This document shows, one piece after another, positions 15,028 to 21,501 of a stretch of DNA of 21,501 nt. The translations under genes were made by a program, and so were the position numbers. Under the pieces are notes generated by a model. That model ran no database searches. It worked only from the letters and a program-made list of their open reading frames with translations, and was not told the DNA's origin. Where the stretch lies: NCBI RefSeq assembly GCF_001975725.1, contig NZ_CP019434.1, positions 2,712,418 through 2,733,918 on the forward strand, in the 5' to 3' direction. Each line of letters starts with the position of its first letter. Position 1 is the first letter of the stretch. Source of the stretch: Acidihalobacter ferrooxydans. GTDB lineage: Bacteria > Pseudomonadota > Gammaproteobacteria > DSM-5130 > Acidihalobacteraceae.

Positions 15028-16521
15028 CTATTCCTCGGCTTGAGCAAACCAGGGGGCACGCGCCACCATGATCAGCGCAGCCGCGCGTTCCTCGTCAAGA
15101 TCAGCGATCCCCAGCAGATCGTCGACCGCCTGTTCGGCCAGATCCTCCGCCGTGACGATGCCACGTTGCGCCAACGCCTGCGCCAGCACTTCATCCATGC
15201 CATCGAGCGCGAGCAAATCTGCTGCCGGTTCTCCATCGCCCTCTTCGGCGGCAATCGCGCGCGTCAACAAGGCATCGCGTGCTCTGGCGCGTAGCTCCTC
15301 GACCACATCTTCGTCGAATTCCTCGATACCGAGCAGTTCAGACACCGGCACGTAAGCCACCTCCTCGACGCTGGAGAAACCTTCCTGCACCAGAATCATG
15401 GCGACCTCTTCATCGACATCCAGCTGCTGCATAAATGCATCGGTCAGTTCGCGGACTTCGCGCTCGGTCTTTTCCTCGGCCTGCGCCTCTGACATCACAT
15501 TGAGATCCCAGCCGGTCAACTGGCTGGCGAGCTTGACGTTCTGACCGCCGCGACCGATGGCCTGCGAAAGCTTGTCTTCATCAACAGCCAGATCCATGCT
15601 GCGACGATCCTCGTCGACGACGATGGACACGACTTCAGCCGGCGACATGGCGTTGATGACAAATTGCGCCACATTCTCGTTCCACAGCACGATATCGATG
15701 CGCTCGCCAGCCAGTTCGTTGGAAACCGACTGCACGCGCGAACCGCGCATGCCGACACACGCACCGACCGGATCCAGACGTGGATCATTGGAGCGTACGG
15801 CGATCTTCGCCCGCAAGCCCGGGTCACGCGCCGCGCCCATAATGTCGATCAGCCCCTGCCCTACTTCGGGCACTTCGAGCTTGAACAATTCGATCAAAAA
15901 TTCCGGCGCCGTACGGCTGATGAACAGCTGCGGGCCTCGCGCCTCGTGACGCACTTCCTTCAGGTAACCGCGCAGCCTCTCGCCGGGGCGTACGTTCTCA
16001 CGCGGAATCATGTCTTCGCGCCCGATGAATGCTTCGGCGTTGCCGCCCAGATCAAGATAGATGCCGTGGCGCTCGCTACGCTTGACCACCCCCATCACCA
16101 GATCGCCGATGCGATCCTCGAAGGCCTCGACTACCTGCCGACGCTCGGCCTCGCGCACTTTTTGTACGATGACCTGTTTGGCCACCTGAGCCGCGATACG
16201 CCCGAAATCGGCGGCATCGATCGGCTCCTCGATATATTCGCCGATCTGAATGTCCGGGTATTGTTGCTGCGCATAGCTCAGCAGACGCTGACGCTCCGGC
16301 GTTTCGAATTCCGGATCCTCATCGTCCATGACCAGCCAGCGGCGGTAACCCTGATAATCACCGGAATGTCGATCAATGCTCACCCGCACGTCGATATCGC
16401 CGGGGTGTTTCTTGCGGGTGGCCGAGGCCAGCGCTGCTTCGATCGCCTCGAAAATAATTTCCTTGTCGACCGCCTTCTCGTTGGAAACCGCGTCGACGAC
16501 CAGTAGAATTTCTTTATTCAT
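15028..16521 (-). CDS. nusA: Transcription termination/antitermination factor NusA
   Basis: 497 aa with [39 protein letters not shown]1/KH region ([70 protein letters not shown]) and two C-terminal HhH-like repeats. Confidence 0.97.
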   Translation of the reverse strand: MNKEILLVVDAVSNEKAVDKEIIFEAIEAALASATRKKHPGDIDVRVSIDRHSGDYQGYRRWLVMDDEDPEFETPERQRLLSYAQQQYPDIQIGEYIEEPIDAADFGRIAAQVAKQVIVQKVREAERRQVVEAFEDRIGDLVMGVVKRSERHGIYLDLGGNAEAFIGREDMIPRENVRPGERLRGYLKEVRHEARGPQLFISRTAPEFLIELFKLEVPEVGQGLIDIMGAARDPGLRAKIAVRSNDPRLDPVGACVGMRGSRVQSVSNELAGERIDIVLWNENVAQFVINAMSPAEVVSIVVDEDRRSMDLAVDEDKLSQAIGRGGQNVKLASQLTGWDLNVMSEAQAEEKTEREVRELTDAFMQQLDVDEEVAMILVQEGFSSVEEVAYVPVSELLGIEEFDEDVVEELRARARDALLTRAIAAEEGDGEPAADLLALDGMDEVLAQALAQRGIVTAEDLAEQAVDDLLGIADLDEERAAALIMVARAPWFAQAEE

Positions 16522-16575
16522 TGCAACTCTCCAGGGTACACCCGCACTTCGCAGACCACGCCTTATGAATTCATG

Positions 16576-17070
16576 TCAATCCCGCCGCGGCGGGGCATCG
16601 CCGGTGTAAACCAAACGCGCCCGCTGCACCGCCTCAAGCGCGACAACCACTGCCTTGCCATCGACCTCGACACGCACAGCCTCGTCATCGCATGCCTGTA
16701 ACACACCGATCATGTTGCGCCGCCCATCGACCGGCCAGCGCAAGCGCAGCTTCAGCATCTCGCCGCAGTACAGTCGATACTGCTCGGCCTTGAACAGCAC
16801 CCGGTCCAGCCCCGGCGACGACACCTCGAGGCGGTAAGCTTCCGGGATTGGATCTTCGACATCAAACAAGGCGCTCAGCTGAGCGCTGATGTCCGCGCAG
16901 TTCTCCAGCGTAACGCCTTGCGGCCCATCGACGAAAACCCGCAGCAACGCACTACCGCCGAACGGCGTGTATTCAAGCCCCCACAACGCCAGCCCGAAGC
17001 TCTCCACCACCGGCGCGATCATCCGTTCCAATTCGCTATGCGATGCAGCGCGGCTCATGTCAACATCCAT
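16576..17070 (-). CDS. rimP: Ribosome maturation factor RimP
   Basis: 164 aa with LWGLEYTPFGGSALLRVFVDGPQGVTLENCADISAQLSALFDVEDPIPEAYRLEVSSPGLDRVLFKAEQY; directly upstream of nusA. Confidence 0.95.
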   Translation of the reverse strand: MDVDMSRAASHSELERMIAPVVESFGLALWGLEYTPFGGSALLRVFVDGPQGVTLENCADISAQLSALFDVEDPIPEAYRLEVSSPGLDRVLFKAEQYRLYCGEMLKLRLRWPVDGRRNMIGVLQACDDEAVRVEVDGKAVVVALEAVQRARLVYTGDAPPRRD

Positions 17071-17103
17071 CCGGTCATCGTCGGCCAGTCCGTTTCGGCC
17101 AAT

Positions 17104-17129
17104 AAAAAGGCCCCATCCGGGGCCTTTTT
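17104..17129. terminator. Bidirectional-looking intrinsic terminator/attenuator between tRNA-fMet and rimP
   Basis: AAAAAGGCCCC-ATCC-GGGGCCTTTTT: GC stem with A tract on one side and T tract on the other. Confidence 0.8.
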
Positions 17130-17146
17130 ATTCCAAAAAATTTCTT

Positions 17147-17223
17147 TGGTAGCGGGGGCAGGATTTGAACCTGCGACCTTCGGGTTATGAGCCCGACGAG
17201 CTGCCAGACTGCTCCACCCCGCA
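17147..17223 (-). tRNA. Initiator tRNA-fMet (CAT)
   Basis: Reverse complement TGCGGGGTGGAGCAGTCTGGCAGCTCGTCGGGCTCATAACCCGAAGGTCGCAGGTTCAAATCCTGCCCCCGCTACCA: three G:C pairs in the anticodon stem, CAT anticodon, mismatched 1-72. Confidence 0.95.
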
Positions 17224-17411
17224 TCAGGAGCTGCGCATCATACTAAAGCACTTACATTTTGACAAGCGCTCTCACGGAGACTTTTTTCGCCAACCCCATT
17301 TAGTCGAACATGTAGTCGAACAGGGATGATCCGGACTTGCCTGGCCGTGACGAATCGGTGACATCGAGCCCGATAATCCAAGTACTCCGGTCGGGTACAT
17401 GCCACGCGCGC

Positions 17412-18857
17412 TTACAGACTCGCAGCGGCAAGCGCACAGTACGTCATCAATAGGCCCGGTAATATACCGAGTGCCAGCAGCGCCAGGCCGTTGATGCTCA
17501 TGACCACGCTGACATCCAGACCGGGTTTGAGTGGAGTTTCATCTTCGGCCTTGTCAAAGTAGACGTATTTAATTGCCCGCAGATAATAAAACGCGCCGAT
17601 TACCGACATGATCACCGCATACAAAGCCAGCCAGGGCTGCCCGACCTGCACCACCGCCTGAAGCACGACGAGCTTGGCATAGAAGCCGACCGTCGGCGGC
17701 ACACCGGCCATCGAGAACATCAGCACCAGCATGATAAAAGCCAGCCATGGGTTGCGCTGATTGAGCCCCCGAAAATCTTCCAGATTTTCCGCCTCGAAAC
17801 CCTTGCGACTGAGCACGGCGATCATACCGAACGCACCTGCGGACATCAGTGCATAGACCAGCACATAGAACATCGCCGCAGCATAGCCATTATCTGTTCC
17901 GGCCAGCACGCCCATGAACACGAAACCGACGTGGGAAATGGTCGAGTACGCCAACATGCGTTTGATGCTGCGCTGCGCGATGGCGACTATATTACCGACC
18001 GCCAATGACAGAATGACCAGCAGACCCAACATGCCCGACCAGTGTATCTGTGCACTCGGCAGGGCCTCGGCCAGCAGTCGGATAACCATGGCAAACGCGG
18101 CGATCTTGGTGACCGAGCCGATGTATAGCGTAACCGAGGTCGGTGCGCCCTCGTACACGTCCGGCACCCACATGTGGAACGGCACGGCCCCCAGCTTGAA
18201 CGCCACGCCGGCCACGATGAACGCCACCGCCAGCCCGACCGCCAGCGGCGGGTGTGTCGATTGCACCAGCGCGGCGGCGATCGTGGATATATCCAGCGAG
18301 CCGGTCAGTCCGTAGAGAATCGACATGCCGTAGAGCAGCAGGCCCGAGGCCAACGCGCCGAGCACAAAATACTTCATCGCCGCTTCCGATGCTCTGGCGG
18401 AATCGCGCTGGAAAGCCACCATCGCGTACAGCGCCAGCGACATCAGTTCCAGACCGAGATAAATCGTCAGCAGGCTGTGCGCCGAAATCAGCACCATCAT
18501 GCCGAGCACGCCAGCCAGGCCGAGCACGTAATACTCGCCGCGAAACAGGTCGCGATCACGCATGTACGGGCGCGAGTAAACAAACACCGCAATCGTCACC
18601 ACCAGCACAAACAGCTTGAGCAGTACCGACATCGGGTCGCTGACGAACGTGCCGGCGAAGGCCAGCGCGCGTGCGTGCGGATTGAAAATCAGCACCAGCG
18701 CAGCGGTCGTGGCCAGGCTGAACTGAGTCAGCCAGTAGGTCACGTTGCGCTGGCCATCCTTGAGAAAAACGTCGATGACGAGCACCGCGCAGATCATGCC
18801 GAGCAGGAACAGTTCCGGCACTATCAAGATGAAATCGTTGGCGGAAGGCAGTGTCAT
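17412..18857 (-). CDS. nuoN: NADH-quinone oxidoreductase subunit N
   Basis: 481-aa membrane protein with KLGAVPFHMWVPDVYEGAPTSVTLYIGSVTKIAAFAMVIRLL and YSTISHVGFVFMGVLAG. Confidence 0.95.
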   Translation of the reverse strand: MTLPSANDFILIVPELFLLGMICAVLVIDVFLKDGQRNVTYWLTQFSLATTAALVLIFNPHARALAFAGTFVSDPMSVLLKLFVLVVTIAVFVYSRPYMRDRDLFRGEYYVLGLAGVLGMMVLISAHSLLTIYLGLELMSLALYAMVAFQRDSARASEAAMKYFVLGALASGLLLYGMSILYGLTGSLDISTIAAALVQSTHPPLAVGLAVAFIVAGVAFKLGAVPFHMWVPDVYEGAPTSVTLYIGSVTKIAAFAMVIRLLAEALPSAQIHWSGMLGLLVILSLAVGNIVAIAQRSIKRMLAYSTISHVGFVFMGVLAGTDNGYAAAMFYVLVYALMSAGAFGMIAVLSRKGFEAENLEDFRGLNQRNPWLAFIMLVLMFSMAGVPPTVGFYAKLVVLQAVVQVGQPWLALYAVIMSVIGAFYYLRAIKYVYFDKAEDETPLKPGLDVSVVMSINGLALLALGILPGLLMTYCALAAASL

Positions 18858-18876
18858 TCGATTCGGATCCTGTTCC

Positions 18877-20388
18877 TTAGAGCTTCGAGGTCAAGGCCTG
18901 TTGCAAAAGGTGCTGCACGGAAACGTGCACCACATCGAGCAGGGGCGCGGGCCAGACGCCGAGCAGCAGCACGGCAATGGCCAGCAAGCTCAGTATCAGC
19001 GTTTCACGGCCGTTCATGTCTTTCAGCGCGGCCACCTGAGGATTCGTAACCGGGCCGTAAACCACGCGCTTGATGAGCCATAGCGTGTAGGCAGCGCCGA
19101 TGATTAGCGTCAAGGCGGCGATCAGCGCCAGCCAGAAACTGCCGTGGAAACTGGCGAGAATCACCATGAATTCACCGACGAATCCAGAGGTGCCCGGCAG
19201 TCCGGCATTGGCCATGGCAAACAGCACGAAAAACCCGGCAAATACGGGCATGCGGTTGACGACGCCGCCGTAGTCACCGATCTCGCGCGTATGCATGCGA
19301 TCGTAGAGCACGCCGACGCAGAGAAACATCGCGCCGGAGATGAAGCCGTGCGACACCATCTGCACCATGCTGCCCTCCAGCGCGAGCGCGCTGGCTTGCG
19401 GGTCGCCGGTGTGTGCGGCGATGGCATAAATCACGAAGATGCCAAGGGTGACAAAACCCATGTGCGCGATCGAGGAATAGGCGATCAGCTTTTTCATGTC
19501 CTGCTGCACGAGCGCGACGAAGCCGATGTAGACGATGGCCACCAGAGACAGGAAAATCATCAACCCACTCAATGCCTGGCTGGCATCGGGCGTAATCGGC
19601 AGCGCGAACCGCAAAAAACCGTACCCGCCGATCTTGAGCATGACCGCGGCCAGGATGACCGAGCCGCCGGTGGGCGCCTCGACATGCGCATCCGGCAGCC
19701 AGGTATGTACCGGCCACATCGGAATTTTCACCGCAAACGCGCCCAGGAACGCCAGGAAGATCAGAATCTGCGCGGTCATTCCCAGATGCAGGCGCTGAAA
19801 ATCGAGAATGCTGAAACTGCCCGACAGGGTGTACATATAGATCAGCGCAATCAACATCAGGACCGAGCCGAGGAAGGTATAAAGGAAAAATTTGAGCGTC
19901 GCGTACACGCGCCGCGGCCCACCCCACACGCCGATCACAATGAACATCGGAATCAGCATGCCCTCGAAGAAAATGTAGAACAGGATCGAGTCCAGCGAAG
20001 CGAACACCCCGTTCATCAAGCCTTCCATGATCAGGAAAGCGGCCAGATACTGGCCCTGGCGCTCCTTGATTACCTCCCAGCCTGCGATGATCACCAGCAC
20101 GGTACTGAAGGTCGTCAGCAAGATCAGCGGCATGGAAATACCATCGACGCCGAGGTAGTAATTGATATTCAGGGCGCTGACCCACGGCTGAAATTCAGTG
20201 AACTGCATCGCCGCGGTGTGCGGATCGAAACCGGTATACAGCGGCACGCTCAACAGGAACGTGACGATGGAGAAGATCAACGCCAGACGGCGCGTGCCGC
20301 CGGCCTTGTCGCCAGCGCCAAGCACCACGAAGCCACCGATAATCGGCGTCCAGATCACCAGGCTGAGTAGTGGCCAATGCGAAAGCAT
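18877..20388 (-). CDS. nuoM: NADH-quinone oxidoreductase subunit M
   Basis: 503 aa with YYLGVDGISMPLILLTTF, KIPMWPVHTWLPDAHVEAPTGGSVILAAVMLKIGGYGFLRF and KKLIAYSSIAHMGFVTLG. Confidence 0.96.
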   Translation of the reverse strand: MLSHWPLLSLVIWTPIIGGFVVLGAGDKAGGTRRLALIFSIVTFLLSVPLYTGFDPHTAAMQFTEFQPWVSALNINYYLGVDGISMPLILLTTFSTVLVIIAGWEVIKERQGQYLAAFLIMEGLMNGVFASLDSILFYIFFEGMLIPMFIVIGVWGGPRRVYATLKFFLYTFLGSVLMLIALIYMYTLSGSFSILDFQRLHLGMTAQILIFLAFLGAFAVKIPMWPVHTWLPDAHVEAPTGGSVILAAVMLKIGGYGFLRFALPITPDASQALSGLMIFLSLVAIVYIGFVALVQQDMKKLIAYSSIAHMGFVTLGIFVIYAIAAHTGDPQASALALEGSMVQMVSHGFISGAMFLCVGVLYDRMHTREIGDYGGVVNRMPVFAGFFVLFAMANAGLPGTSGFVGEFMVILASFHGSFWLALIAALTLIIGAAYTLWLIKRVVYGPVTNPQVAALKDMNGRETLILSLLAIAVLLLGVWPAPLLDVVHVSVQHLLQQALTSKL

Positions 20389-20429
20389 GCGGTTCCCTTA
20401 CAGTCTTGTCGTTATCGGTCGAACGCGCC

Positions 20430-21501
20430 CTAGCGGAGCACGAACCAGCTCAACAGCACCAGCACGCCGATGATCATGGCAAAGCTGTAGTGGTAGAGAT
20501 ACCCGGTCTGTACCCAGCGCACCCGCGCGGCCGTCCAGCCGATCAAGCGGGCAGTGCCATTAACGACCAGGCCGTCGATCAACAGCGCATCACCCAGGCG
20601 CCACAACAGGCGCCCAAGCCCGCGCGAGCCGGCGGCAAACACCGCATCGTTAAAAGCATCGAAGCCATAGCCTTTTTCCAGTACCGTGCGTACCCAGCCC
20701 AGGCGGGAATGGACATGCAAACCCAGTTTCGAACGGTACAGGGTCACGTCCCAGGCCACAGCAACACCGGCCAGCGCCAGCCAGAACGGCGGCTGCGCCA
20801 GGCCATGCAGCGTGAACGAAAGAAGTCCATGGAAATGCTCGCCCAGGACTGCGAGCACATCATACTGTGGCGCGACATAGATCGAATTCCCGAAGAAACT
20901 GCCAAATAGCAGTGGATAAGCCACGCCACCCGCGCCAACGGTGGCGATCGCCAGCAGAATCAGCGGCACGGTGACCACCTTGGGCGATTCATGCAGGTGC
21001 GCCCGGGTGTGCGCATCCATGCGCTCCTCACCGTGATAGACGAGGAAGAACAGGCGAAAGGTATACAACGCGGTCACGAACACGCCCAGAATCAACATCA
21101 CGGCAGCAAAGTGCGCGCCTGGAATCTGCGATGCCTCGACGGCCCCGATGATGCTTTCCTTGGAAAAAAAACCGGAAAATCCTGGAAAGCCGATCAGCGC
21201 CAGCGAACCGATCAGCGACGTCCAGTAGGTAATCGGCATGTACTTGCGCAGACCGCCCATCTTGCGAATATCCTGCTCGTGATGCATCGCCATGATGACC
21301 GAGCCGGCGGCAAGGAACAGTAGCGCCTTGAAGAAAGCGTGGGTCATCAGATGGAACATGCCGGCGGCGAAAGCCGAAGCACCCAGCGCGGCCGTCATGT
21401 AGCCGAGCTGCGACAACGTCGAATAGGCGATCACACGCTTGATGTCATTCTGCACGATACCGATCAACCCCATGAAGAACGCGGTGATCGAGCCGATGAT
21501 C
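20430..21501 (-). CDS. nuoL: NADH-quinone oxidoreductase subunit L (N-terminus outside window)
   Basis: Frame is open to the window edge (...IIGSITAFFMGLIGIVQNDIKRVIAYSTLSQLGYMTAALGASAFAAGMFHLMTHAFFKALLFLAAGSVIMAMHHEQDIRKMGGL). The track's ATG at 21473 is internal. Confidence 0.95.
   Translation of the reverse strand, partial: IIGSITAFFMGLIGIVQNDIKRVIAYSTLSQLGYMTAALGASAFAAGMFHLMTHAFFKALLFLAAGSVIMAMHHEQDIRKMGGLRKYMPITYWTSLIGSLALIGFPGFSGFFSKESIIGAVEASQIPGAHFAAVMLILGVFVTALYTFRLFFLVYHGEERMDAHTRAHLHESPKVVTVPLILLAIATVGAGGVAYPLLFGSFFGNSIYVAPQYDVLAVLGEHFHGLLSFTLHGLAQPPFWLALAGVAVAWDVTLYRSKLGLHVHSRLGWVRTVLEKGYGFDAFNDAVFAAGSRGLGRLLWRLGDALLIDGLVVNGTARLIGWTAARVRWVQTGYLYHYSFAMIIGVLVLLSWFVLR

Noticed and set aside
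15664-16506. 280-aa + strand ORF opposite nusA
   Set aside because: Antisense shadow of nusA with no domain-like content.
19144-20370. 408-aa + strand ORF opposite nuoM and 303-aa ORF 19274-20185 in another minus frame
   Set aside because: Both overlap the clear nuoM frame; compositions (His/Gln/Asp- or Arg/Ala-rich) are shadow-like.

Overview
The window reads as three blocks. (1) 1-4189 is an IS graveyard. It holds an IS110-family transposase, then an IS630-family element whose non-coding end is split by an IS4-family element. The IS630 element interrupts the 3' part of a tyrosine integrase gene, and the integrase frame is restored exactly when the IS630 element and one TA are removed. (2) 4190-10423 is a compact element of about 6.2 kb integrated in the 3' half of a tRNA-Arg(ACG) gene. 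It is bounded by a perfect 45-bp direct repeat. It carries a P4-like integrase with 11-bp-phased candidate arm-type repeats at both ends, a C-terminal-HTH unknown protein, an AlpA-like regulator, a CHC2-only primase-type protein, a DUF3987-like protein, a Cys-rich unknown and a small-terminase-like HTH protein. It also has about 500 nt of densely structured non-coding DNA including a long near-perfect palindrome that is related to a second palindrome inside a CDS. This is the best candidate for a new system, possibly a minimal replicating phage satellite or plasmid-like island. (3) 10516-21501 is housekeeping sequence: tRNA-Ser, truB, rbfA, infB, nusA, rimP, initiator tRNA-fMet, nuoN, nuoM and partial nuoL, all on the minus strand. 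All family calls come from reading sequence motifs; no database search was run.
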